This document shows, piece by piece, positions 11,448-25,661 of a stretch of DNA of 64,000 bases; within the stretch, counting starts at the first letter, position 1, and the number at the start of each line of letters is the position of its first letter. The DNA is taken from NCBI GenBank assembly GCA_013265495.1, contig MU058198.1, positions 5,781,779 through 5,845,778 on the forward strand. Reading direction: 5' to 3'. A program made the translations under genes and the position numbers. The notes beneath the pieces are model-generated. The model made no database searches, was not told the DNA's origin, and saw only the letters and a program-made list of their open reading frames with translations. The DNA comes from Vicugna vicugna (Eukaryota).

Positions 11448-14400
11448 CCCCAAGTCCGTAACGATGCCCCACCTCCACGGCCACTACCTCATCCATCCTC
11501 ACCCTGCAACTACTCTCTGAGCCCACCCTGGCCCCTCTGTATGCCTCTCCAGTGGCCTGACCTCTGTGAGGCCCAGCCCTCAGACTCTCCACCATTCTCA
11601 GACTGAAGAATCGAATCTCTTACTTCCCACCTCCAGGCTCCCCCTGCCCCCATCTCCCCAGAGGCCCGGCCTTAGCTCCTCGAGCCCATCATGGCCGCTG
11701 GAGCGCAGGCTGTTCCTTCCGCCTGGACCACTGTCCCCGCCCAACAACCCCCCGCTGCCAACTCCACAGCCTTCAACTGAGTGGCCCTTCCTCCGTCAAG
11801 GGGACGTTCCTCTGTTAAAGCTGTCATACAACCCCACTGCCCTTCTATCTGAAACACCACTGCACTGAGATGTGGGACTGACCTCTCCAACCCTGAGCCC
11901 CATGAGGGCAGTGACCAGGTCTGGTTCTGCTCACTCTGTCCGCAGCACCTGATGTGCGTGAGGCCCAGCGCCTGGCAGTGCCATGAGAAACGTCTATGGG
12001 AAGACTAAGTGGACCTCATCTCAAGGAGGAATACCCAGGCCTGGGGTGAGCAAGTTCCAGTTCAGAGTCAGGATCCAGCTGCAGTCACTAAGCATCCACC
12101 AGATGCCTGGAACTCTGCCCAGTGCTTACTGTTCATGATCCCCCTCAGTCCTCAGGGTGCTATCCCAGGGAGGGGCAGGTGGGGTACCCTGGCGACTCCA
12201 AAGCAGATCAAAACCCGAGTGATCTCCCAGGCCTCATTAAAGATCCCCGGAGCTGGGATCTTGCAGTGGGAGTGGTCCTGGAGGTGCAGACGTGCAGCTG
12301 GCAGTCACACCCCTGCTCTGAGGACCCGCAGTTTCTCTGCAGCCTCCTCCATCTTGGGGCCTCCCCCGCTGACCCCGACCACTCTCCACTCCAAGGCCTC
12401 CTGATGGGCTGCAGCTCCGCGCCAGGCAGGGCTTCCCACGGGCGCAGAGGCAGGGCTCCCCATGCACTGGGGAGGCCCCGCCGTAGTGAACAGTGCCGCT
12501 GGGGCAAGGGCTGCACAGTGCAGCTCCCGGGCAAAGTCCCGCTTCTGAGAAGCCGAGGCACAGACTCAAGATGTGGTCCCTCCCACCAAGGTGCTGTTCC
12601 CAGAAGGGTGGTCAGGGGGACCGGCTGGACCTGCAGCTGTTCCTGCAAAGGGCCACAGAACTCCCAGCAACTCAGTCCCCACCCTGCCCCGTGCCAACCA
12701 GTTCAGAAAGCACTTGACCCTCCCAAAATAAACCCCCGAGAGCCATCAATATCCTAGCTCTTCAGATGGGAAACGGGCTCAGAACCAAGACGCCACTTGC
12801 CAGAGGTAGTGGCAAGGCCAGAGGAGGCCCTGGGGGTGCCTCTCACCAGCATGCCTTGGGTTTGTTCCTTTGTCCACACAAGGCCTGAGGTGTCAGCCAG
12901 CCAGGGGCTCCCACAAGGACCATGGGGCCAAGGAGGCCACTGTTCACGCAGAGCTTGCTCGCTGGCTCGGCAGCTCACAGAACCCCAGGGCTGCCATCCT
13001 ACCAGAGCTCAGGGCCGCCCCCACTTTACTGAGGAAGAGGCAGAGATGACGGGAGCCTGGGCCCAGTGCACGCCCTGCAGACCCCAGGAGCATGTGCCTT
13101 CCTTCTGTCGCCCCTGCCCTGGGCAGTAAAGCACAGTCTTTACTTTAAAGTGACAGGACAGCGGCGGCCTGTGCTTGATGTGCACGGCCACTCTCGGGCC
13201 CAAAGCTGGGTGCAAAGGGTGCACCTGGGTGCAGAGGGTGAGCTCAGAGGGGAAGAGGTGTGCAGACCGGCATAGTCCCATGTGAATACAGATACTGCCT
13301 TATCTACGAGGCTTTTTTGCATCATTTTTTCCAGTAAATTTCATGTAAATTCTGTCCCTCTGGAACTTTATCTGCTTGCCCAGTCACCATTTAGGAAGCA
13401 GTTATTGAGCACCTCCAGGTATGTGACAAGGTACAAGGATGAAGTCACAGTCTTAGCCCTGAGAGCTTGCCCGAGGACAGAGCACGGTCAGTTATGACCC
13501 AAGCTGCCCGAGAATGTTCCATATTGCCAAATCCACCCCAGAGAGGAAGAAAAACTCTGACAAAGCAACTGATGGGGACCTGCAGTCACCCATGCTGGGG
13601 CCTGAATATGGCCCTGCTAGTTCCCAGGTGTTGACTTTGTCCAGATCCCAGAGCTGCAGTGGATCAGCTACAACACAGAGCTAAGGGGCTCCCTGTCGTC
13701 CCAGCACGTGACGTGCAGACATGCCCAGAGATCCTGGAGCCCACCAGGAGCTCCTGCCACCCCTGCCCTCGGCACTGTGGCCTCTCCAGACACTTCCTCC
13801 CGTCAGGAAAGTACCTCAGGAACTGTGTTTCTGGTCAAACTGCCAGGGCCACCCCCCCACAAGAGATCAGTAACTCAGAACTTGTCACCTCGACTCCAGA
13901 GGTGAGCTCTCCCCAAAAAGGAAGTGAAGCATCATGTTGCCACAGCAGCAGCCTCCAGCCACGGGTCTGACCACCAAGTGAGGAAGTTGGGGGCCGACGT
14001 GAGCACATCCTGCCCCGACCAGACAACAGAGGGGCAGAGCTGTGGTAAACTGGACAGCGCTGAGCCTGTCCGGCTCGGGTTTCCTGGAAACTGGTGCATT
14101 TGTGGAAAAAGAACTGAAACTTCTGGCTGCTTGTCAGTAGAACTAGAAACGGGGCGTCTAGAAACTTGCACCTTTCACAGACTGCACAGCTCCTCTCTAG
14201 ATGCTTTGCTGTGCATCCTCTGTTCTTTAAGGGCCACCATCTAAGTGAAAGAGCCTTAAAAGTGAGAAGCGTGGGTCCTGAACAGCGTGCCACTGACGAT
14301 AATCACCACAGCAGTTCCCGTGGGGGCCCAGCAGCCGCACCTGACACCCCCGGCCTCATCACACTCCCTACACCCCCAGAGGTGGTTGCCATTACTCCTC

Positions 14401-14721
14401 TCTTACAGATGGGGAACTCAAGGGTACCTGCACTGGGATTCAGGCCCAGGGCTGATGCTAGAGCACCGCTCCTAACCACTGCATTACACTGCCTTGGGCC
14501 CACAGACCGGAGCCCCGGGGCCCACACACCCACACAGCCCCGGGCTCTGCTGCTTTTGCCTGGGGCTCCTGGGACAGGTCATGTGTGGGCATCGGAGCAG
14601 ATAAGGGGCCTGAAAGAGCCTGGCTCAGTAGACATCCATTGTATACAACACGGTTCTGGTGGAAAAACTGTAATTCATTCTAAAGAGTGAGCCAGGCTGG
14701 AGAAATCACAGGACAAAGTAC

Positions 14722-14868
14722 CTCAATCAGCCACTTGTTTTGGACAAACTTCTGCAGCACATGCTCCGCTTCCTTCTTCCTCATCTTCTTGCCTTTAAGC
14801 TGATCAACCAGGTTCAAAATATTCGTGGAAGACGCAAAGCCAGTTTCTGAATCAATAATCAGTTCCAA
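14722..14868 (-). CDS. NSMCE1: NSMCE1 exon 5, LELIIDSETGFASSTNILNLVDQLKGKKMRKKEAEHVLQKFVQNKWLIE
   Basis: tttctttcAG acceptor, GAG|GTACTT donor; 147 nt; winged-helix region of NSE1. Confidence 0.97.
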
Positions 14869-16050
14869 CTGAAAGAAACAGCAGGTACCACATCCATCTA
14901 TTAAATCAGCAAAGACAACTTTTAAGCAATAATACCAATTCTGACAGGGCTGCAGGGAAACAGCTCCTGTCACAGGCAGAAGTGTACGCTCTTTTACGAA
15001 AACAACTTAATAATATGCACAAAAAGCCATAGACATGTTCAGTTTTGACCTTTAACCATCCTAAATGAATGAGCCTGACGCCCTCAAATCAAGAAGGGGG
15101 AATCCATGTCCTACTGATGGAGAAGCTGAGGAATGAATAGGAACATGACACGGCGCCCCTCCTATTCAAGGTGGGCAGGCCGGCAAGGCTGGCCGGAGGA
15201 GGGGCAGGCTGGAGCCACAAGCACAGGACTGCAGAGCCAGGGCGGGCCAGCAGGAGAGGACGCTGGGGAGCTGCAGAGGCACATGGACCAGGGGAGGGGA
15301 GAGGCCAGCAGGCAAGCTGCCCTAACACTTCTACCCACACACAGCAGGGCGGAGCCCCTGGGAAGACAGGTGTCTTGCACACACAGGTGTGTCTGGCGTC
15401 TTAGAACCTGGTTCTCAACCTTGGCTGCTTAGAAAGGAATGGTTCTAAAACTTGGTCCTCATAGATGTATTACACAGACCTGGAGTGAGGCCAGAATGTC
15501 TGCATTAATTTTACCTTTCCAGTTATACTGTGCATCCAGGGCTGAGAACCACTGTCTTAGCCAGATGTTCAGCCAGGTGACAAGATGAACAGCTCCAAAG
15601 CGGAGCAGGCCAAGCAGCACCTCTCAAGTGTGACCCGTAAATGGAGCACTGTTAAAATGCAGGTTCAGATCCAACAGCCTGTGTGAGGCCTGGGCTTCAG
15701 CCTTTCTAGCAAGCTCCTGGGTGGTGCTGCTGCTGGTCCTGGCCGCACTGGGAGTACCAGGCAGTAACGCTTGTTCACTCGCGTCACACACCCACGGGGC
15801 CCACTGCTGCTCAGTCAGTCGGGGTCAGACCTGGACCAGCCCTTCTTTCCCAGGCAGCTGTGGCAACATCCCCAGCAAACACCTGGTGGCTATGACAGCA
15901 CCTGGCTCAGGCGCTTGGTGCCATCCCCTGCAAAGGACTTTCTCAGGCAGCAGTGCTAACCCTCTAGGACTGCAGTTTTGATTTCTGATGAAAGACAGAA
16001 GTTTCCCGTAAGAAGCCCAGCCGATGGGGAATGGGAGTTACTGTACTCAC

Positions 16051-16128
16051 AGCCTTTCTAAACAGATCCAGTTCATTTTCTACAAAATCTGAGGCCATTT
16101 TGGAAATTGAAGTCGTTGCAAGATTCAC
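16051..16128 (-). CDS. NSMCE1: NSMCE1 exon 4, VNLATTSISKMASDFVENELDLFRKA
   Basis: atttttttAG acceptor, GCT|GTGAGT donor; 78 nt; too short for the ORF track but in frame with exons 3 and 5. Confidence 0.96.
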
Positions 16129-17105
16129 CTAAAAAATAAGTCAGCATGAGGTTCAGGCCAGTCACTTGTCAGTTAGTTCACTTGTTGGCTCTCCCTCCCA
16201 CCCTGCCTCGCCAGTCACCGAGCACCTGTCCGGGCACTATGGGCCACAGGGGTAAATTTGTAACCAGTCTTGTATTACAGGCTTAAATCTTTAGCTCAGT
16301 CAGTGTGTCTAATTCTCAGAGATTCAGAAATCCCTGGGTTGTACAGCATCTCCCCAAACTCAGGTGACTCTGGGAGACTTCTCTGCATGCTAACAGAGCT
16401 TCAAACACAAAAGGCACTGAAAAGTCTGGCGGTAAGGAAATCTGATTTACCGATTTAACCCAGCATTTCCATGTTGTTTGACTCCATAACCCTTCCTGCC
16501 ATGGGACAGAGTTTGGGAAACCCTGGGCTAGAGCCCCTCTCTGTGTGGGCCTGGTTGGTAGAAGTCTGATCTCCTTTGATGGCCTCCGGCGGTCCCCTAG
16601 CCAAGGACAGGGGCTTGTCACCTCCCCTCTATTTCACCTCGTTCCCTAGCTAGGAGGGAAAATTTGAAAACAACAAGAGGCTCCAAATGGGTCTCAATCC
16701 TTAGGGGTTCCACGCATTTTTCTTTTCAGAGCTTCTATGTCTTATTCCAAATGAAATGGCATTTTATTCCTTTGGAATCCTAATATTCCATTCATGTGGA
16801 ATAACTTCTTGCAGAGAACTGGCAACAACCAAAATAAATGCATGCTGCCAAGTCTTGGGTGAGGGCTCCATGTGGGCAGTGAAGTGAGCGCTGAGGTTCT
16901 GTCACCCCCAGCCCTGATGACTACAGAGGACGCTGCAGACCACGGGGCGGGCAGCGAGCACGGGGATGGAGGTGGGGCAGAGTTAGGGAGGCGGGCCGGG
17001 CCCTTGATGAGGCAGGTGCGCCTTCACCCACTAAGGACGCACCTGGCACGATGCGCTGTGTCAGCCACAGGCCCTCACACGTCCACCAGGGGGCTCTGCA
17101 CTTAC

Positions 17106-17227
17106 CAGCGCATAAATGGGTCTCCCGTCATCTTCCGTGACTCCTTTCTTTATCTCAATGTACAAGGACTCCAAGACACTGTTAATGTTGTTGATAAAGT
17201 CCTCCAACTTCTCTACAGTAGCATTAC
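17106..17227 (-). CDS. NSMCE1: NSMCE1 exon 3, (R)NATVEKLEDFINNINSVLESLYIEIKKGVTEDDGRPIYAL
   Basis: tttatttctAG acceptor, CTG|GTAAGT donor; 122 nt; phase 1 start matches the end of exon 2. Confidence 0.97.
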
Positions 17228-19311
17228 CTAGAAATAAACAGGCCAAAAAAAAAGGCGGGGGGTGGTGCTTCATCAAAAAAGTGTAGCTTGTTTCAATCCT
17301 CCCATCAACCTAAACACAAGACAGCAAAGCCAGAAATGGCCCAAGGCCCCGGCCTTGGGCGCGTGCCAGTGCCTGTGGCTTCTTTCTTCCTGGAGCATTC
17401 AAAGAGACGGAGGGTGCGGCAAAGCAGAGAGGCCCAGGAAAAGGCAGCTGAGCCTGCCGTGGTCTTCCTGTCTTGGCCGGCAGCCCCCAGCCTCCTCTGC
17501 TGCCACCGTTCCCTGCTGCCTGGTCACTGTCCCCCACACGGTACTTCGGTGCACCGCTCGTGTGCTCAGAACCTGCAGTGTGCTCCCACTGCAGCCGCTG
17601 CCCCTGCATGTCCTAACACACGTGTCAGGTCTACCTCGGTTCCTTCCTCCCTTTATTCGACATCCAGATGTACGCTGGACATTTACACACCAGGCCCAGT
17701 GTGCTGATCTGAGGGCGCAACAGTGAAGAATAACTACCAGCAGCCCACGCTGAGCACCTGCCCCAGGGAAGGCCCTGTCTGAGCGCTGTTCACACAGTAC
17801 TGAACCCATCCTGCCAGCAGCCCCCGAGGCAAGCACTGGCAGCCTCCTAGTTCAGGTGAGGAGGCCGTGATGCGTGATGCGGAGAGGGGCCAACTCACCT
17901 GGCCCAGTGTGGCCTTACTTCACCAGGCACGGTGAGCAGTGGTGAGCCCCAATAGCACGGCCACAGCCCCTCTGCTCTGGCCTGTACGCCACCCTGCCTC
18001 TGTCTCCATGGGAGGCACACAGCCTGGAGACACACCAGGAAGCCAGCACCACTCTCTAGGGCCATCAGTCTGTCAGAAGACGGGGTGTGGACAGGGCCCA
18101 GGGAGGGGAGGCCCATCCAGCACTGCAGGGGCCCGGGGCGAAGGACAGCGGACTAGCAGGAGGGTTGATGAGGCTGCAGCAGGAAGTGGGAGCCAGATCA
18201 CACAAGTGATCTGCGGGCAAGGGGAGCGTGACCTTTCTCTTGTGGACAGCGGAGTCGGAAGCAGAGGAGGAATGGGCAGCCTTGTGTCTGGAAATTACCC
18301 TTTTGTTCTGTGATACTTTTTAAACCAAGAGTATGTATTACTGTTTTCATTTATTAAAATAAGTAATTTCAAAAGATCTATGCCTTAAAAAAATCACTCT
18401 AAGAAAGAAAAAGCAGCTGAAAAACAGACAATATGACATTTATGTTAAAAAAAAAAATAAGAAAACCATCAAAACAATACTGCAGGGAAAAGGCCTGGAA
18501 GGCTACCCACCATGCTGATGACCAAGGCCATAGGTAGGAAGGGGACTAAGATGAGAGGGTCATCCCAGGACCCCTGACATTTATCTGTTTGGCTGCTTAC
18601 AGAGAAAGGTAGTTGCAAGCTCCCTTACACCTAAATATTATCAAATTAAAAAAAAAAATCACGCTGGTGGCAGTGGAGGTCACGGACATGACACAGGCAT
18701 GGTGTCTACTGAGAGGACCCAGAAAAGCTAATGACAAAGACCAGGACAGTAATACTAATATGAAAAGCACAGCAGGGGTCTAATCTCCCATTATAAGTAA
18801 AGTTGTTTAAGTTAAAAAAAAAGTAAAGTAAAAAGTTAGTATCAAACAGCTGGTATGTGGATATGGCAAAAATCCTGACAGGAGTATTATGATGAAATCT
18901 GGCCACAGTGTTTTTAATCTAGGACTTTAGAGCTGAAAGATACCTTAGAAATGTTCTGGTCCACCTCGGCGGCTAAGGAGGACTGTCACAGAGACCCTTA
19001 GATGAGCACAGAGGCTCTGAAATGATGCACAGCACAGTAAGCACCGTGTGCATCTGTCAAACAAATGTATCTACCCCCTTCCGGTTCGTTTCTCCCTAGC
19101 AATCCTGCTCCACACCACCATGTTTTATCATAATCTTCTGCTTTTAGTTCTAAAATTGTGTCTGTATAATTTTGCTAAAAATGAAAATTGTTATTTATGT
19201 TTAAGTCTCTGAACCAAATATTCTTTTCCACTTTATATCACTCCCTACTACGTCCTTCTTTCTAAACATCTGGGGCAAACAATTTTAAAAACTAGATTTC
19301 TACCTTTGTAA

Positions 19312-19715
19312 GTGCACTGGCTTCCTATTGCCTCTGGAATGAAGTACCACAAACTTAGTGACTTAAAATAACACATCATCTTATAGTTCTGAAGGCCAGA
19401 GGACTACAGAGGGTCAGCAGGGTGGCATCTTTGCTGGAAGTTTCAGAGACCTGCTCCCCAGGCCTTTTTCAGGTTCTGGAGGCCCCCGCATTCTGCAGCT
19501 TGTGGCCCCGCCTCACACTGACCTCAACCTCGCCGTCATAGCCCCTTCTCACCCCTGTCCCACCTGCCTCCTTCCTATCCGGATCTCCCTGCTCACACTG
19601 GGCTCCCCTGGATGCTCCGAGCTAATCCCCTCATCTCACAATCCTTAACTACATCATGTTTGCAAAGTCTCTTTTCCCAAGTAAGGAACATCTTCACAGA
19701 TCCTGGGGAGCCATT
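19312..19715. mobile_element. MaLR LTR (MLT1-type)
   Basis: taccacaaacttagtgacttaaaataacac...ttatagttctgaaggccaga...atctcacaatccttaac...tgcaaagtctcttttccca are MLT1 hallmarks. Confidence 0.75.
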
Positions 19716-19716
19716 A

Positions 19717-19781
19717 CAGGCATAACTTGGAGATACTGTGGGTTCAGTTTCAGACCATTGCAACAAGGCCAATACTGCAAT
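19717..19781. mobile_element. Tigger1-like terminal fragment (TcMar)
   Basis: TA followed by caggcataacttggagatactgtgggttcagtttcagaccattgcaacaagg, resembling a Tigger1 end. Confidence 0.6.
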
Positions 19782-22700
19782 TTAAAAAAAAAAAAAAAAA
19801 AGGCCACAGCTGCTGAAAAACCGACCAGAGTGAGACAGTGATACTTTCTGCCTCCGTGCCTTTGCTTACGCACCCTTCTTTTTGAAATGCCCTCCCTCCT
19901 CTCACTCCCACTTCTGTCTACTAGTTGCGAAAGCCAACTCAAACGGCCCTTTTCTCTTGAGATGTTCTCTGCTGCCCCGGCACAAAGCGCTCTTGTCCCT
20001 TCTTCCTCTTCCACGCCATGCGAAACATCCCTTCAGGGCGCGTGGGCCTGGCTGTGAGGCCTGAGCCTGTGCCCCTGGCTTGCCGGGAACCCTTTCCTCC
20101 CTGCATGGCCACCAACTCAACCCCGGGAGATGGGAGCGTGGTGACGAGGCCTTCAGGAACCACCTCCCGCCAACTGACAGGACGCTTCACGGGCAGGAAC
20201 CACCCCGTCCCCCAACCCCACACACAGTGGCAAGTCCCACCTCCCTCTGAAAGTGAGAATTCACATTTTCCACCGAAAAGGCCTCTCCTGGGTGTCGTTC
20301 AGAAAAATGTACTCTGTGGGCAGATCAAAAGCATCCTACTACATTGGACTTTCCAGAAACCTCGTCCGCATGGAGGTGAGCCTAATAGCCGCCCTGAGCT
20401 CTCCCCTCTCCCACCACCTCTGGTTTGTTGTCCAGCCTCACGTTTCAGAAACATGAATGTTTTCAATGTATTTTCATAAGAAAAAAAGCCAACAACCCAC
20501 TTTCTACCACTGTCCTTATGGTGGAAACCCGCCATGTGCTCAGGTGCTGGTCCTCTCCTCCCGCCATGTCAGTGTCCCACTCAGGGGCCCGGCCACGTCC
20601 CTTTCCACCACTGCCACTGCACGGTTCCCCACAGACGCCTGCACTGGACCATCTCTGTCTTAATCACAAGCAGGGAAGAAGCTTCTCGTATGTTCAGCAA
20701 CACTCCCCACCACTTGACCTTTCAGGGGCAACACAGGCAGCCGGGGCCACAGGACCAAGCAGGGCCAGCGCAGTCCCACCTTGCCCCTCGGTGGGACCCC
20801 AGGCAAGTCTCTCCCTTTCTCTCATCCCTGAAGGCTACCCACCACCTCATGTCCAACCTCGCACATGTCTGGAATACTTCCTCCAACCCCCTGTCAACCA
20901 CCAGCCCCTGCTCCAGCCAGCCAGGCTCCTGACCCTCTGGCACCCTGGCCACGGGCCCTTCCTGTGCAGGCCTGCCCTGACCACGCCAGATGAGGCTCCT
21001 GGGCTCTGGCTCCGTCCGCCTACAGCCCTCAAGCACTTCCTCCCCATCATGCTGCGTTCCACTTACCAAGTCCGGTGCCCTACTTTCCCCGTAAGTGTGA
21101 TTTTGGTGGGAGAATAAACCCACATCCAGAGAAGCAGAGGGCAGGAAGCTGAGGGGGCCAGATCTCAGGTCAGCCAGGAGTGGGCCCAGAACCTACACTC
21201 AGCCTGTCAGACACGTTCTCAATCTAAGCAAGGGACCAAGGGACGGCTGAAGGCGGTTCCAGCCCAGCCGCTACAGAGGGAAGGTGGCTTTGGCCGTGAG
21301 GTGCTGCCATACTTCCTGTGCCCTCTGGCTCCTGCCTGTTCCCCAGCCTGGCCCCTAAACATAATCAGTCCTGTGTGTCCCTTTCCCAAGAGCCTCCCAA
21401 TACATTTCTTTTTAAGTTGTCCAGAATTGGGAACTCTTGTTGGCCACCAAGATCCCTGACATGCCCATTAAGTGTCAAGGTAACACCAGATCAGTGCTTC
21501 CCCAAACCAAGTCTTCAAACCAGCTAATTTTCACTGTTCTGCCCCTCTCCCTCCCTTGTTCCTGGAGCCCATGATGAAAAAGCTACAGTGTGCAAATCTG
21601 TAGGAACAAACTGGACTGAAGGAGTGTCCAAGAATACATTTGGCCCCAGTATCCTATGAGTTCATGGTCATGATAAACTATATGTGATACAGACCACATG
21701 CCGTGACTCTGAGGCAGCTGTCTCCAGTCTTGGGTCTACCACTCTGAGGGACTTCAGACAACTAATGAGTAACTGTGCTCCTCCCTTCAGAATCCTGAGC
21801 CAACTGAGAAAAAAAGATCGGTTTTTTGCAGGTAGAGCTGGATCAGAGGCTGGGTCCGTCCACACCAATGACCGGCAGTCATCGACACAGGAAGACCAGC
21901 TACGAGAAGTAAGAACAAGCCCCTGGACCTACTATGACTGCCTCTTCTCAGAGAGCAAGGAGACACCCTAACCAGGGCAGTGAGCACCGTGTCTGGACCA
22001 GGAAAGGGTCTGCAGATCTTTGGGGCCAGCTGTTCCCTCTGCTTGTAAGCAGGGTGTACCTGTGCCTCTCTTATGGGCTAGGGTGAAGCTGCCCTTGTTG
22101 GACTGAGAATAACGGGCCTGCATATGTGGGGCTGTCATCACCTTAGTACGTGCTTGGCACTGCTCATTAGCCTGGCTCGCTTCATCACTGTGAGAACGCT
22201 AACTCCATGAGGTGAGCTATAATTGCCATCTTTCCATACCAGAGGCTTGGAGAGGTATCTTGCCCAGAGCTCCCCGTCATGGAAATGGACCCCAGGCCTG
22301 GCCAACTCCAGAGCCCACACTCCTGTGCACGAAGCCACTCAGACTCTGTAGAGCAGAGCAATGTCCTCGGAGAACATTCTCGATCCCAGACCCCACCGAG
22401 GTCCCATCAACCTTTCTCCAGAACCTAGCACTGTGCCTTCAAGGGCACAAAGAGGGATTCAGCCAACATAGAAAGATGGAAAGAGCCTGGCCAGTGCCTG
22501 GTCAGGACTCCAGAGGCAGTGCTGATGACAGAGGGCTGTGCCCATGGGGTACTACGGGGAGCTGGGCCCGGCCAACCCCCATCATCCCTTGGCAAAGAAA
22601 GGTGGTCCAGCCCTGACTAGTCAGCACAGACTGCTGTGGGAGGAGCTCAACTAGAGGCCAAGGACTCAGGAGAGGACAGACAAGCTCTCTCTTTAGCAGG

Positions 22701-25092
22701 AAATGCCTTTCATTTGGGGCAACTGAAAAATGGGACTTGGGGCGATGGACAGGCTGGGGCAGCACTGAACAGAGGGGACACTTTCTGAGGGGTGGGAGCT
22801 GGTCCAATTCATTCTGAGAGATTGTTTTTTCTGGCCACAACTATATATATATCATCTCCTTTTCTTTTAAAATTAAACTTTAATTTAACCAACAAACCTC
22901 TTCTTGTTAATCGGAGTCCCTCCTTCCCAGAAGCCTGTGGAGACCGAGGGTGTACTTGGACAGCAGGAAGTCTGCTGCCCTAATGACTGGGCAACAAACT
23001 AGGCACCACAGATAGGAAATTTTTAGGCAGAGGAAATGCTATTTTAGGCAGAGGAAATAACAGTAAAAAATAAGACCCCAGGGGACCAAACCACTTATAG
23101 GCCAACTTGCCCCATGACAGCCCTCTCATCCAATGGGGCCCACTGTGTGGTCCTCCTGAGCACGGCGCTGAGGATGGCGCAGCCCGGGCCCTGGACCAGA
23201 CGTGGGCTCTAGGGCACACTGGGCCCGAGAGCAGACCCCAGGCTGGGAGAGGCTAGGCGGCAGGGACACTGGGCCAGAGAGTGTGTGAGCATCACGTCTC
23301 AGCCCGTGGCTTTCACTTCAACTGCTTGAGGAGGATGAGCCTCTCAGCACTCAGATATGTGAGTGGAAAGATGGGCACTCACAGTGGCACCTCCACAGTG
23401 TGGCTGGTGAACAAGGCTGAGGAGGGTGGGGATGGAAGGAGCGCAGCTGTATGTGGCAGATACATTAGACAAGCAGTTCTCTACACCCTGCATCAACTCG
23501 CCAAGCACTGCAGCTCTGCTCCCCCAGGGTCTCATCAGACCCTCACAAACAATGGCCAAGGTGGGCCGGGATGCGGGACAGTCACTGTTTTCCAAGAGAA
23601 CGCCAACTGTCAGAGACGTTAAGGACTTACCCAAGATCACAAGGCCAGCAAGTGACAAAGTCTGGACCAGAAATCAAAGGTCTGACCTTCAGTCTGGCAC
23701 AGTGACAAAAGGACTTGAACATCCATTAAAAAAAAAAAATTCTTACTCTGATAGGCCATGAGGTCTGAGAATTACATCAGAGTGGGACTGGGGTAAGTAG
23801 TTAGGAGTACAGATAAAACATTAGTCATGAGTTATCATTTTTACTGGGTGATGAGTACATGAGGCTTCGTTGTATTATTCTCTCTACTTTTATGACTTTT
23901 TCCATAATAAAAGGTTAAAAAAAAATGTCAGTGCTCAGCAACATAGCTGGATGCCTTAGCCCTCAGGAGTCTGAAACAACAAAGAGAAAAATGACAGTGT
24001 CCCGGAACAAGGGAGATTCGCTCAGGGCTCTGATGGTACCGGGGGAACAGGCTTTTTTAATAATGGGCTGTTTTTAAATCTACTGTTGAGAGATCTGTCT
24101 CCAAGTATACAGAGACCTTTTTTTTCAAAGTCAAGAGATTATTTCAGCTAGAAAGTCTCCTCTTTGGCCTTATTTCAAATGACAGGGCATAAAACTTACT
24201 TTACAGCACGTGGCACAGCTCCTGCATCTCAGTCACATGCATCAGGTGCCCTAAAATCCATGAAAACGTTGAAGTGACAACAGGGGCTGACGCCTACTGT
24301 CCCTATAAGCACCATAAACTTACCCATCGGCCAGTCCCCTGGCCAGAGGTCTACTGGTCGGTACTTCTGGCAACAGAGCGGCACCGACTCTTCATCGTGG
24401 TGGTGCCCAGGCAGGGCAAAGTCCAAATGATGCTGTAAACAGTCACAGAAAACCAAACCTCCTTCAGCAGCACTTTACTGCTGATGATGTTAATGTGCAT
24501 GTCACTTCCAACTCGCCCCCTGAAAACAGGTGGTCCATCTGTCACCGAGACGCACGGCAGCGCCACCCCCGCCCACCCCAGGGAGACTCAGGGAGCCGAG
24601 GAGGGGCCTGTGGGGCACAGCCGCCGCCCCTGCTGAGTAACAGCAGCTCCGCTTTATCTCCCCCAGGCTTCACCGGAGCAGAGCCTGTGGACACTGACAA
24701 ACCAGATGCCGACAGAGGCCACGCAAGAAGCACAGATGTGGGCTCGAGCAGACACAGGGTGAAGTGGAGAGCACGAGTCCCATCAGAAGAGGTAGGGCTC
24801 TTCTGCTCTGGCCACATGCCCAATATACGGATTTTTATGAGAAATCTCCTAGTTGTTGTTTTTAACATGGTAATTAATTTTTTTAAATTGGAAATACTGT
24901 GGGGCAAACAAACCGTGCCTGTGAGCTCAATCCCAGTGACATTCTACCAGTTTTCAAATTCTGATGCGGGCTGGAACCCTGCTGTAACAGAGGCCCAGTG
25001 ACAGCGCAACCCACTCTGTCCCATGACCCAACAGACAGGTGGCTATGGTCTCTCACAGAAGCTGGACGGTGAGCAACACAAAGGAACAGACT

Positions 25093-25661
25093 GTGTCACA
25101 TAAGTTCTTCCGAGTGACCGGATATACAAATGGACAGTGGGCAGACCAGACGTGAAGACAGGGCTCTGACCCACAGACTGCAGCAACCAGCCCAGGGAGC
25201 CAGCCCGTCATCTGGAGGGACCAGCCCAGGAAGCCAGCCAGCTTCCTGTAAGTCAGACTTGCAGGGAGTCAGACCACTATCTCTAGCAACCAGTTCAGGA
25301 AGCCAAACAATAACCTCTGGCTCAAAATGACCAAGGCTTGATGAATAACTGACAGCTTCCTTAAATTTGTCCTTGCTTCCAACTTAGGACCAGCCAGAGA
25401 AAAGTCAAGTATGCTCCCCGAACCGATCACAGGATGTCCTGCCCCTAGTCAGCCCACCCCCAGCTTCCCTGAGCCGGCAGCCTCCAGTCAGGGCACAGCT
25501 GGAGCCGTCCCTCCTTTCCACTGTCCAGCTTTCCCCTCCTCTGCCTGCCATCCAGTCTCTGCCAAAACACACACGAAGGTGGCTGACTCCCTTGCTGGGG
25601 CGAGCTGGGAATAGACAGCCCTTGCCTGTTCTCATTTGAGTGGGCTTCGCTTGTGTCCACA
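25093..25661 (+). mobile_element. Solo ERVL LTR, MER77/MER68-like
   Basis: Repeated agcaaccagcccaggaagcc units, aataactgacagcttcc...ccaacttaggacc, ggtggctgactcccttgct, ending in ...ccaCA. Confidence 0.65.
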
